Positions 27,944 through 36,958 of a stretch of 64,000 bases of DNA are shown here, in pieces. A model generated the notes under the pieces. The model searched no databases. It saw nothing but the letters and a program-made list of their open reading frames with translations, and was not told where the DNA came from. This DNA comes from Flavobacteriales bacterium (GTDB taxonomy: Bacteria > Bacteroidota > Bacteroidia > Flavobacteriales > UBA7430): positions 11,831-75,830 of the forward strand of contig JAKMFX010000016.1 of the NCBI GenBank assembly GCA_022425195.1, written 5' to 3'. The translations under genes were made by a program, and so were the position numbers. Each line of letters begins with the position of its first letter. The first letter of the stretch is position 1.

Positions 27944-29092
27944 ATGAGAATAGGAATTGTATGTTATCCTACTTTTGGAGGAAGCGGAATTGTTGCGACT
28001 GAACTGGGTAAAGCGCTTGCGGATAAAGGACATGAGGTTCATATCATTGCATACCGACAACCCGTTAGGTTGAACGAACAAGTTAATAATGTTGTTTTTC
28101 ATGAGGTTAGAGTTGTCGACTATCCCTTATTTGATTATCCACCTTATGAACTTAGTTTAGCCTGTAAGCTTTTGGATGTTGTAAAATTTGAGAAGTTAGA
28201 CTTGCTTCATGTACATTATGCCATTCCACACGCTTATGTTGCTTATACAGCCAAACAAATGCTGGCTGATGAGGGGATACATATTCCCATTGTCACCACC
28301 TTGCATGGAACAGACATCACTTTAGTGGGAAAAAACCCATCAATCACTCCTGCAGTTACTTTTTCCATCAATCACTCTGATGTCGTTACCGCTGTTTCAG
28401 AAAGTTTGAAGGTAGAGACTTTGTCTCATTTCCCTATTCGTAAGGAGATTAAGGTGATTCCCAATTTTATAGATTTCAGTCTACACAAATATATTTTTGA
28501 CAAGGACTTACACGCACACTTTACCTCAGGAAAAGAGAAAATCATTATTCATATTTCCAATTTTAGACCTGTGAAGAGGGTCACGGATGTCATTCGAATT
28601 TTCGCTAAAGTTAGGTCAAAGTTACCCGTAAAATTATTGATGGTTGGCGATGGCCCAGAAAGAGAAGTTGCTGAGTATCAGTGCAGAGATATGGGGTATT
28701 CTGATGACGTAAAGTTTTTAGGTAAAATAAAGGATGTTTCTCGTTTGTTGGCCATCTCAGATTTGTTCTTATTGCCTTCTGAAAAAGAAAGTTTTGGTTT
28801 GGTAGCTCTTGAAGCTATGGCTGCATCTATGCCGGTAATATCCACGAATATCGGTGGATTGTCTCGTGTAAATATAGACGGGAAAACAGGTTTTACTTCA
28901 GCGGTGGGAGATATAGAAAAAATGGCAAACGATGCAATATCACTTTTAAATGACGGTGAAATGTATCATAGTTTTTCTACTAATGCCAACCAAGTTGCTA
29001 AACAATACGATTTACCCAAGATTCTTCCTCTTTATGAGGACGTCTATCAAGAGGCATTGGGTAATCTTCATAAAGAAAGCACAAACCTTTAG
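27944..29092 (+). CDS. bshA: N-acetyl-alpha-D-glucosaminyl L-malate synthase (bacillithiol biosynthesis GT4)
   Basis: 382 aa. The N-terminus MRIGIVCYPTFGGSGIVATELGKALADKGHEVH and the block PSEKESFGLVALEAMA are characteristic of BshA. Confidence 0.8.
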   Translation: MRIGIVCYPTFGGSGIVATELGKALADKGHEVHIIAYRQPVRLNEQVNNVVFHEVRVVDYPLFDYPPYELSLACKLLDVVKFEKLDLLHVHYAIPHAYVAYTAKQMLADEGIHIPIVTTLHGTDITLVGKNPSITPAVTFSINHSDVVTAVSESLKVETLSHFPIRKEIKVIPNFIDFSLHKYIFDKDLHAHFTSGKEKIIIHISNFRPVKRVTDVIRIFAKVRSKLPVKLLMVGDGPEREVAEYQCRDMGYSDDVKFLGKIKDVSRLLAISDLFLLPSEKESFGLVALEAMAASMPVISTNIGGLSRVNIDGKTGFTSAVGDIEKMANDAISLLNDGEMYHSFSTNANQVAKQYDLPKILPLYEDVYQEALGNLHKESTNL

Positions 29093-29107
29093 TCTTAAAA
29101 AAAATCT

Positions 29108-29341
29108 ATGATGTGGGTCGAAAAGCAAGGGAAGTTAGTCAAAGAATATAAGTTCAACAATTTTAAAGAAGCGATTGCCTTTATCAATCGAATTGCTGTA
29201 ATCTGCGAGAGAGAAAAGCATCACCCCGAAATTTACAACGAATACAACCGCCTGATTTTGTCATTTTGCACGCATGATGAGGGCGGTAAGATAACGGATA
29301 AAGACTTTCTCTTGACGCGTTTGATCGATGAGATGCCATGA
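29108..29341 (+). CDS. 4a-hydroxytetrahydrobiopterin dehydratase
   Basis: 77 aa with the EKHHPEI...THD motif of PCD/DCoH. Confidence 0.85.
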   Translation: MMWVEKQGKLVKEYKFNNFKEAIAFINRIAVICEREKHHPEIYNEYNRLILSFCTHDEGGKITDKDFLLTRLIDEMP

Positions 29342-30165
29342 TTGAAAAACATCTTGAAATTGTCGGATGTAATCATAGAAAGATATCAATTGATTACAGA
29401 TATCTAGAGACTTCAGTTAAAATGATTCCCGTTATATACGTTCATGGCTACAAAGGCTTCAAAGACTGGGGCGCCTCAAACTTAGTTGCGAATTCATTTG
29501 CTGATAAAGGTTTTTTCTATTTAAAGTTCAACTTTTCTCACAATGGCGTTACAAGTGAACATCCAATAGATTTTGTTGACTTGGAAGCTTTTGGGAATAA
29601 TAATTATGAGATTGAACTCAACGAACTGGGCTTAGTTATTGATTGGTTAGAATCCTCAATATTAAATGTGGATTTCACCAAGTTGTCTGTCATTGGGCAC
29701 AGTAGAGGCGGAGGGATTGTTTTATTGAGAACCGCCCAGGATCGCAGAATAAACAAGGCAATTACATGGGCCTCGGTTTGCGATTTCAACAGAAGATTCA
29801 CTCCCGATTTTTCTGATTGGGAAGATACAGGGGTTCAGTATGTTTACAACGCAAGAACCCTACAGATGATGCCCTTGTATTATCAATTCTATGAGAATTT
29901 CCTTAAAAATTTTGCTAAACTAGATATTCTCAGTCAATGTCGTCGAATTGACAAACCCTTATTGATTGTTCATGGTACTGAAGATCATGCGGTAAGTATT
30001 GATGAAGCTATGGAGATTCACGATCTTGTCAATGGGTCCAGTTTAGTTAAGATTCTTAATGCAGGCCATACCTTTGGTGCTGTTCACCCCTATGATCAAA
30101 ACACACTTCCTACGGACCTGATTCATGTGATTAAGTCTTCTGTAAGTTTCTTAACTGATATTTAA
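29338..30165 (+). CDS. Alpha/beta hydrolase
   Basis: 275 aa with the nucleophile elbow GHSRGG and a late HG.ED / GH block. Confidence 0.7.
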   Translation: MIEKHLEIVGCNHRKISIDYRYLETSVKMIPVIYVHGYKGFKDWGASNLVANSFADKGFFYLKFNFSHNGVTSEHPIDFVDLEAFGNNNYEIELNELGLVIDWLESSILNVDFTKLSVIGHSRGGGIVLLRTAQDRRINKAITWASVCDFNRRFTPDFSDWEDTGVQYVYNARTLQMMPLYYQFYENFLKNFAKLDILSQCRRIDKPLLIVHGTEDHAVSIDEAMEIHDLVNGSSLVKILNAGHTFGAVHPYDQNTLPTDLIHVIKSSVSFLTDI

Positions 30166-30314
30166 TTTATTTTTTCAGTTAATAATTAGTTTCTCCTTTC
30201 TTTAAACGTTTGAAGTTATAGACAGCACCCATTAATATTCCATGCCGTTTATTTGTCAACCTATAAATTTTATTATAAATTTACAATAATATAAATATAT
30301 AATTAAGTATAGTA

Positions 30315-30752
30315 GTGGGAGGGATTAATAAAATACAAACTGAATATTCTGATGTAGGGATTCTCAGTCAGATTGCTGAGGTTTATGTCTATATATTAAA
30401 GGATCAAGAAACTTCTATGGAATTTGAAAGAGTTTCAGAGATGGTAGATACGATTGACCGTTTCTCTCAGCAAGTTTGGGCCTCATATGCGATGATAGAT
30501 TTGAGATGTAAGTTGAAAAAGGGGACTACAAAAACAACAAGACTTTCCCATAGTGATTACAAGATATTGGCAAGTATAAGTCATATTAAATTGATTCTTT
30601 CACGCTCTACAATTAATGATTATGAGAAAAATAAAAAGTCAATTTTTGAGAGTATTTTAAAGGAAGCAGAGAATTTTTCAACCATTAAAATTCTATCAAA
30701 AAAATCCAAGTCAGCTCTTCATTCCTGTTTGTTGTATTCATCTATTAACTAA
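30315..30752 (+). CDS. Hypothetical helical protein upstream of the REC-kinase gene
   Basis: 145-aa ORF with a GTG start (an alternative ATG lies 34 codons in). No family recognised. It ends 13 nt before the next gene. Confidence 0.35.
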   Translation: MGGINKIQTEYSDVGILSQIAEVYVYILKDQETSMEFERVSEMVDTIDRFSQQVWASYAMIDLRCKLKKGTTKTTRLSHSDYKILASISHIKLILSRSTINDYEKNKKSIFESILKEAENFSTIKILSKKSKSALHSCLLYSSIN

Positions 30753-30765
30753 AAACATCATTAAT

Positions 30766-31932
30766 ATGAAGGTACATGTTCCTGAAATGTTTGCTCTAAA
30801 ATCTAAGGTTGCCACCCATTCTAAAGCATGGAAAGTACTGGTCGTGGATGATAGACTTTCTGTTCAAAAGGCGACTTGTTTACTGCTAGGAAAAATGTCT
30901 TATGCTGGAAGTGGTTTCGAGACCATAGAATCTTATTCGTTTAAAGACTCAAAAAAGATTTTAAAGGAGGGTAATGACATCGCTTTGGTTATTTTAGACG
31001 TCCATCTTGAGGGAAATGACATAGGTTTACAGATGATGAACTACATCCGCAGGGATTTGCAGAATGATACGGTTAGAGTAATCCTGAGGACGGGTTATCC
31101 GACTTTATTTCCTGAGGAAGCCATTACCAAAGAGTATCATATTGATGGTTGCTTGTTTGAGGAAGAAAACACGTTTAGTAAGCTAGAGTTTGAGATTATT
31201 GGTGCCATACAGACCTACAGAAAAATTCTTAGCATTAATAATTATTTAGAGGGTTTTGCAAGTGGTGTTGCGATAGAAATAAAAAACTCTTTAAATATGT
31301 TTGGACTTAATTTCTCGACATTAAAAAATGAACTTTTTGAGGTCAGAAATATACATCGTGATGAGAATGCTGAATATTTTACAGAACTGATTAATAAGGG
31401 AGTTCACATTTGCAAACGATCAGATATGATTGTAGATCTAATGCTCAGAAACATAAGAAAAGCTCGTATTGATGATAAGTGCTTCAAGCATATAAGAATG
31501 TCGAGTATTGTTCAGCAATCCATTGAGGATTTCGCTTATTCTAGCGCCTATGAGAATGATAAGTTTGAGTTGGATTTCTATCAAGATTTTACATTCAGAG
31601 GCGATGAAAATTCATTTGTTTACGTATTGTTTAATCTTTTCAAAAATTCACTTTTCTATTTAGTTGATAAGCCTGAAGGGAAAATACAAATTCGACTGGA
31701 ACTGGGGACAGATCAAAATGCCTTGTATTTTAAAGATAATGGAATCGGTATTCCCAAAGATCAGGTCAATAACATTTTTGAGGGTTTTAGGAGTCAAAGC
31801 GAAATTGAAAATACAGGTTTAGGTTTGGCTTTTTGTAAACAAGTGATGAGAGATTTTGGTGGAGATATCATTTGCCAGTCTGATTATGGCTATTGGACCC
31901 AATTTATTCTGACCTTTCCTAGGTGCTCATAA
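30766..31932 (+). CDS. Hybrid receiver-histidine-kinase-like protein with degenerate H-box
   Basis: 388 aa. The receiver has VLVVDD and the presumed phospho-Asp in VILDVH. The HATPase_c N, G1, F and G2 boxes are intact (NLFKNSLFY, DNGIGIP, IFEGF, GLGLAFC). The H-box reads GVAIEIKNSL in place of the usual GxAHEIxNPL. Confidence 0.75.
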   Translation: MKVHVPEMFALKSKVATHSKAWKVLVVDDRLSVQKATCLLLGKMSYAGSGFETIESYSFKDSKKILKEGNDIALVILDVHLEGNDIGLQMMNYIRRDLQNDTVRVILRTGYPTLFPEEAITKEYHIDGCLFEEENTFSKLEFEIIGAIQTYRKILSINNYLEGFASGVAIEIKNSLNMFGLNFSTLKNELFEVRNIHRDENAEYFTELINKGVHICKRSDMIVDLMLRNIRKARIDDKCFKHIRMSSIVQQSIEDFAYSSAYENDKFELDFYQDFTFRGDENSFVYVLFNLFKNSLFYLVDKPEGKIQIRLELGTDQNALYFKDNGIGIPKDQVNNIFEGFRSQSEIENTGLGLAFCKQVMRDFGGDIICQSDYGYWTQFILTFPRCS

Positions 31933-32011
31933 AATTATGACTTTAAATAAATGATTGATGTAATCCCTTAAAACAATTTGATTTACAGTCTTCGTTATTG
32001 TGAATGTTTTG

Positions 32012-32019
32012 TAATTTTG
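32012..32019 (+). promoter_or_regulatory. -7 box TAATTTTG upstream of peroxiredoxin gene
   Basis: It matches TAnnTTTG 38 nt upstream of the ATG at 32057. Confidence 0.4.
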
Positions 32020-32056
32020 TGCTACAAAAAATATTAAAAAACTTAAAACAAGAAAA

Positions 32057-32689
32057 ATGGCAGTATTAGTAGGCAGAAAAGCACCAAAATTTTCAGCAAA
32101 AGCAGTTGTTAATGGAACATCTGTTGAAGCAGACTTTTCTTTAGATCAATATTTGGGTAAGAAAAACGTAATCCTTTTCTTTTACCCAAAAGATTTCACT
32201 TTTGTTTGTCCAACAGAATTACATGCATTTCAAGAGAAATTAGGTGAATTTCAAAATAGAAATACAGAAGTTGTTGCCGTATCTACTGATACTGAAATGT
32301 CTCACTGGGGATGGTTGCAAATGGAGAAATCTAAAGGGGGTATCAAAGGGATTACTTACCCGATTGTGGCTGATACAAACAAAACAATATCAAAGAACTT
32401 TGATGTTTTAACGGGTGATTACTTCATTAGTGAAGATGATCAACTACAAGCAGATGCTGAGTTGGTCGCTTACCGTGGATTATTTTTGATTGACAAAGAT
32501 GGTGTTGTTCAACACCAAGTTGTAAATAATCTTCCACTAGGGAGAAATGTAGATGAAGCCATTCGAATGGTGGATGCTCTGACTTTTGTGGAAGAAAATG
32601 GTGAAGTATGTCCTGCCAACTGGGCTAAAGGTAAAGAAGCTATGAAGCCTTCTCACGAAGGAACTGCTGATTATTTAGCAAAGAACTAA
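32057..32689 (+). CDS. Typical 2-Cys peroxiredoxin
   Basis: 210 aa with the peroxidatic motif DFTFVCPTE and a resolving Cys in EVCPANW. Confidence 0.9.
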   Translation: MAVLVGRKAPKFSAKAVVNGTSVEADFSLDQYLGKKNVILFFYPKDFTFVCPTELHAFQEKLGEFQNRNTEVVAVSTDTEMSHWGWLQMEKSKGGIKGITYPIVADTNKTISKNFDVLTGDYFISEDDQLQADAELVAYRGLFLIDKDGVVQHQVVNNLPLGRNVDEAIRMVDALTFVEENGEVCPANWAKGKEAMKPSHEGTADYLAKN

Positions 32690-32705
32690 GTGATAATAAT
32701 AACTT

Positions 32706-32741
32706 TAAAAATGCGCTCCATCATCGGAGCGCATTTTTTTT
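32706..32741 (+). terminator. Intrinsic terminator after peroxiredoxin gene
   Basis: A 9-bp stem ATGCGCTCC/GGAGCGCAT is followed by T8. Confidence 0.7.
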
Positions 32742-33006
32742 GGATACTTTATTAGCTATAAATCGTGATTATGTGTAGTTAATACGTTGTTTTTACGTAT
32801 CTTTGCAAAACAATGAAGCAAGTAAACATATACACGCCATCAGAACGCCCTGTTCTTACCATTGGTATTGGACGTTTCTCTCCTCTAGATAGATTCAGGA
32901 GGGAACCCAATAGGCAATAATTTTATGCGGGAATCCCTGCTTATGCCACCTCTCACAATTACTTATTATCCAGCACCTATTTTAACACACGTTAAATCTT
33001 TTTGTT

Positions 33007-33540
33007 ATGCAATTTAACATTCAAGTGACCAATAAAAGTCATGAAAAACACGCACATTTCATTTGTGAAATCATGGAAAAAGCGGCTAAAGTTAGAGGCA
33101 CAGGTATAGCTAAAAGAAAGCCGGAATACATTAAGGAGAAAATGTCTCAAGGTAATGCTGTAATTGCTTTGGATGGAGATATGGCTGTGGGCTTTTGCTA
33201 TATTGAAAGTTGGGAAGGGCATAAATATGTAGCTAATTCGGGTCTTATCATTCATCCAGATTACCGAAAAAAAGGTCTTGCAAAAGCCATTAAGAAAGAG
33301 ATTTTCGAACTTTCCAAAACCAAATTCCCAGAATCTAAATTGTTTGGAATCACTACCAGTATGGCTGTGATGAAGATTAACTCTGATTTAGGATACAAAC
33401 CGGTTGCTTTTTCAGAACTGACAACGGATGAGAATTTCTGGAAGGGATGTCAAAATTGCACCAATTACGATGTGTTACAGCGAACGAATAAAACCATGTG
33501 TTTGTGTACGGGTATGGTCTGTGATTTTAAAGAGATGTAA
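33007..33540 (+). CDS. GNAT acetyltransferase, first gene of arg operon (putative N-acylglutamate synthase)
   Basis: 177 aa with the GNAT motif A block RKKGLAKAIKKE. The gene sits where Bacteroidota arg operons place their argA substitute. Confidence 0.65.
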   Translation: MQFNIQVTNKSHEKHAHFICEIMEKAAKVRGTGIAKRKPEYIKEKMSQGNAVIALDGDMAVGFCYIESWEGHKYVANSGLIIHPDYRKKGLAKAIKKEIFELSKTKFPESKLFGITTSMAVMKINSDLGYKPVAFSELTTDENFWKGCQNCTNYDVLQRTNKTMCLCTGMVCDFKEM

Positions 33541-33607
33541 GTCACATTTTAAAGAGAATAATTGATTCAGGTTTGAAATAACTTAAAACTTATAAAGCAT
33601 TCTTAAG

Positions 33608-34798
33608 ATGAAAAAGGATAAAATAGTATTGGCATTTAGCGGAGGTCTAGACACTTCTTACTGTGTAAAATACCTCAAGCACGAAAAAGGATTTGAGGTT
33701 TACTCGGCGATTGTTAATACCGGTGGTTTTACAAAGGATGAATTGGTCGATATAGCAGAAAAAGCCAAACATCTTGGAGTCGTTAATCATGAAACACTTG
33801 AGGAAACTCAAGCTTACTATGACCATATCATCAAGTATTTGATATTTGGTAATGTTCTAAAAAATAACACCTATCCTTTGTCTGTAAGTGCGGAGCGTAT
33901 TTATCAGGCGATTTCTCTGGCGAAATATGCCAAATCTATAGGTGCTAATTACATAGCTCATGGAAGTACAGGAGCCGGGAATGATCAGATTCGTTTTGAT
34001 TTAATATTTCAATTGATTGCGCCAGAAATTACGATTATCACTCCGATTAGAGATCAGCAATTATCACGAAAGGCTGAAATTGAGTACCTCGCAAAGCACG
34101 GTGTTGAAGTGGATTGGAAGAAAGCACAGTACTCAGTTAACAAGGGCTTATGGGGTACAAGTGTTGGAGGTGCAGAAACTTTGACCTCTCATAAATCTCT
34201 TCCTGAATCTGCTTATCCTAGTCAGCTTGAAGCTGATGATGCTCAAGAACTGGTTATTGAGTTTACTCAAGGTGAAATATCAGGAGTAAATGGCATTCAA
34301 ATGAAACCTATTGATGCCATAGAATTCATTGAAAATACGGCCAATAAGTATGCGATAGGTCGTGACATTCACGTAGGTGACACAATCATTGGAATCAAAG
34401 GTAGAGTGGGTTTTGAAGCAGCAGCTTCAAGTATCATCATCAAGGCTCATCATACCTTAGAGAAACATACACTCTCTAAATGGCAACTTCACTGGAAAGA
34501 ACAATTGGCCAACTGGTACGGTATGTTCATTCATGAGGCACAATATTTTGAGCCCGTCATGCGAAATATAGAAACTTTTTTATCAGATACCCAAGTCAAT
34601 GTATCGGGAAAGGTCTTTGTTGAGCTAAACCCTTATCGATTTACCATTAAAGGAATTGATTCTGTTCATGATTTAATGACTTCAGACTTTGGAGAATACG
34701 GTGAGATAAACAAAAATTGGTCGGGAGATGATGTGAAGGGATTCACAAAAATATTGGCCAATTCTATGCAAATTTTTAACCATGTAAATAAAAAGTAA
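33608..34798 (+). CDS. argG: Argininosuccinate synthase
   Basis: 396 aa with AFSGGLDTS (ATP PPase motif) and GSTGAGNDQIRF. Confidence 0.92.
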   Translation: MKKDKIVLAFSGGLDTSYCVKYLKHEKGFEVYSAIVNTGGFTKDELVDIAEKAKHLGVVNHETLEETQAYYDHIIKYLIFGNVLKNNTYPLSVSAERIYQAISLAKYAKSIGANYIAHGSTGAGNDQIRFDLIFQLIAPEITIITPIRDQQLSRKAEIEYLAKHGVEVDWKKAQYSVNKGLWGTSVGGAETLTSHKSLPESAYPSQLEADDAQELVIEFTQGEISGVNGIQMKPIDAIEFIENTANKYAIGRDIHVGDTIIGIKGRVGFEAAASSIIIKAHHTLEKHTLSKWQLHWKEQLANWYGMFIHEAQYFEPVMRNIETFLSDTQVNVSGKVFVELNPYRFTIKGIDSVHDLMTSDFGEYGEINKNWSGDDVKGFTKILANSMQIFNHVNKK

Positions 34799-35772
34799 TG
34801 ATACAAGTAGGAGTTGTAGGAAGTAGTGGCTATGTGGCAGGAGAATTAATTCGTTGTCTTGTACATCATCCAGGTGTGAACATCGACTTTTTGTACAGTC
34901 ATTCCAATTCGGGAATGAATGTTTCTGAAATGCATCAAGATTTATTGGGACACGCTGATTTGAAATTTAGTAGTAATGTTAACCCTGATATTGATGTTCT
35001 GTTTTTATGCTTGGGACATGGTAATTCTGCTAAATTTTTAAAAAATCATACCTTTTCAGATGAGACAAAATTCATAGACCTTAGTAATGATTTCCGCCTT
35101 AAGGAAAATTCGAACCTACAGGGCAAATCCTTTACCTATGGTTTGGTAGAGTTGAATAAGGATGAGATCATAAATGCAAATCATGTAGCCAACCCGGGTT
35201 GTTTCGCTACTGCCATTCAGTTGGGATTGTTGCCATTAGCTAAGCACGGTCAATTAAAACAATCCGTACACATTAATGCCATTACAGGCTCTACTGGCGC
35301 GGGAAAGTCTTTAAGTGATACATCACACTTCAGTTGGAGAAATAATAACATATCCATTTACAAAGCTTTTAGACATCAGCATTTGGACGAAATCAATGAA
35401 AGCTTACACAGCTTACAGCCAGATGCATCTGACTTAAACTTCTTACCCGTTAGAGGGAATTTTACTCGAGGTATATTTGCCAGTATTTATACGGAAACTC
35501 AATTATCTCAAGAGGAATTAATAACTTTGTATCAAAAGTTTTACGAAGGGAATCCATTTGTATTCGTCAGTGAAAAATCGGTTCATCTTAAACAAGTTGT
35601 AAATACCAATAACTGCTTTATACAGGTCGAAAAAATTGACGATAAAGTTTTGGTCACTTCAGTAATCGATAACCTATTGAAAGGAGCGGCGGGTCAAGCC
35701 ATTCAAAATATGAACCTCATGTTTGGTCTGGAAGAAAGCATTGGAATTCGTTTCAAAGCCAACTATTTATAA
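34798..35772 (+). CDS. argC: N-acetyl-gamma-glutamyl-phosphate reductase
   Basis: 324 aa with the catalytic motif VANPGCFAT. Its ATG overlaps the argG stop. Confidence 0.9.
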   Translation: MIQVGVVGSSGYVAGELIRCLVHHPGVNIDFLYSHSNSGMNVSEMHQDLLGHADLKFSSNVNPDIDVLFLCLGHGNSAKFLKNHTFSDETKFIDLSNDFRLKENSNLQGKSFTYGLVELNKDEIINANHVANPGCFATAIQLGLLPLAKHGQLKQSVHINAITGSTGAGKSLSDTSHFSWRNNNISIYKAFRHQHLDEINESLHSLQPDASDLNFLPVRGNFTRGIFASIYTETQLSQEELITLYQKFYEGNPFVFVSEKSVHLKQVVNTNNCFIQVEKIDDKVLVTSVIDNLLKGAAGQAIQNMNLMFGLEESIGIRFKANYL

Positions 35773-35794
35773 ATTACATCAACCCTTACCCTAG

Positions 35795-36958
35795 ATGACA
35801 ACATTAAGCGGAGTTAAAAAGCAAGAAAGTGGATTGTTCGACGTGTATCCAAGATTTGATGTTACACCTACCAGAGCAGAGGGTGTATACGTTTTTGATC
35901 AAGATGATAAAAGGTACCTAGATTTATATGGAGGTCATGGAGTGATGTCTATTGGACATTCACATCCTGAATATGTTACTCAAGTAACCCGCCAGTTGAA
36001 TAAAATTGGTTTTTATTCGAATTCCGTATTGATGCCTATTCAAGAAGAGTTTTCTGATAAATTGACATCACTTAGTGGCTACACGGATTACCAATTGTTT
36101 TTTTGCAATAGCGGTGCTGAAGCGAATGAAAATGGATTAAAGCTAGCCTCTTTCCATACTGGGAAAACAAAGGTGATCGCTTTCAAAGGAAGTTTTCATG
36201 GACGAACGGCAGCTGCTCTAAATGTTACTGACAATTCTAGGTTATCAGCGCCACTTAATAAAAACAACTTTGAGGTAGTATTCCTAGAACTAAATGATAA
36301 AGAGGCTCTGACGGAAGCTTTGAAGGATAAAGACGTCAGTGCTGTCATTGTAGAAGGGATACAAGGAGTAGGTGGACTTGATGCTCCCTCTGACGATTTT
36401 TTGAATTTTGTGTCAGAGACCTGTAAAAAACATGAAGCTTTACTCGTGTTGGATGAAGTGCAAAGTGGTTACGGCCGTACTGGACGGTTTTTTGCACATC
36501 AGCATGCTAACATCTCTGCTGACATCATATGTATGGCAAAAGGGATGGGGAATGGCTTTCCTATCGGAGGGCTGTTGATCGCTCCTCATATCAATGCAAC
36601 TTCTGGTATGCTAGGCACAACATTTGGTGGAAATCATCTGGCTTGTGCTGCAGGAATTGCTGTGTTAGATACACTCAAAAATGAGTCTCTAATTGAGAAC
36701 GCTGCACATGTAAGCGAATTTTTAATCCCTGAGCTTAAAACCATACCCAGCATAAAAAAGATTAAAGGTAGAGGTTTAATGCTCGGAGTAGAGTTTGACT
36801 ATCCAGTAAAAGAATTACGATCAAAATTGTTATACGATTTTCAAATTTTCACCGGGGGCTCAGCAAATCCAAACTTGCTTCGTATCTTACCACCTCTAAA
36901 TATTACGATTGAAGAAATTACGCCGTTTGTTCAGGCTTTAAAAAAAGTATTAAAGTGA
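35795..36958 (+). CDS. argD: Acetyl/succinyl-ornithine aminotransferase (class III)
   Basis: 387 aa with LDEVQSGYGRTG, the PLP lysine context ICMAKGMGNGFP, and FHGRT. Confidence 0.88.
   Translation: MTTLSGVKKQESGLFDVYPRFDVTPTRAEGVYVFDQDDKRYLDLYGGHGVMSIGHSHPEYVTQVTRQLNKIGFYSNSVLMPIQEEFSDKLTSLSGYTDYQLFFCNSGAEANENGLKLASFHTGKTKVIAFKGSFHGRTAAALNVTDNSRLSAPLNKNNFEVVFLELNDKEALTEALKDKDVSAVIVEGIQGVGGLDAPSDDFLNFVSETCKKHEALLVLDEVQSGYGRTGRFFAHQHANISADIICMAKGMGNGFPIGGLLIAPHINATSGMLGTTFGGNHLACAAGIAVLDTLKNESLIENAAHVSEFLIPELKTIPSIKKIKGRGLMLGVEFDYPVKELRSKLLYDFQIFTGGSANPNLLRILPPLNITIEEITPFVQALKKVLK

Noticed and set aside
32813-32890. Possible arginine-sensing leader peptide upstream of the arg operon
   Set aside because: A first-pass reading suggested an Arg-rich 35-aa peptide. 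Careful codon-by-codon indexing gives MKQVNIYTPSERPVLTIGIGRFSLL* (25 aa, stop at 32888-32890) with only two scattered Arg codons and no following terminator, so this is not an attenuation leader.
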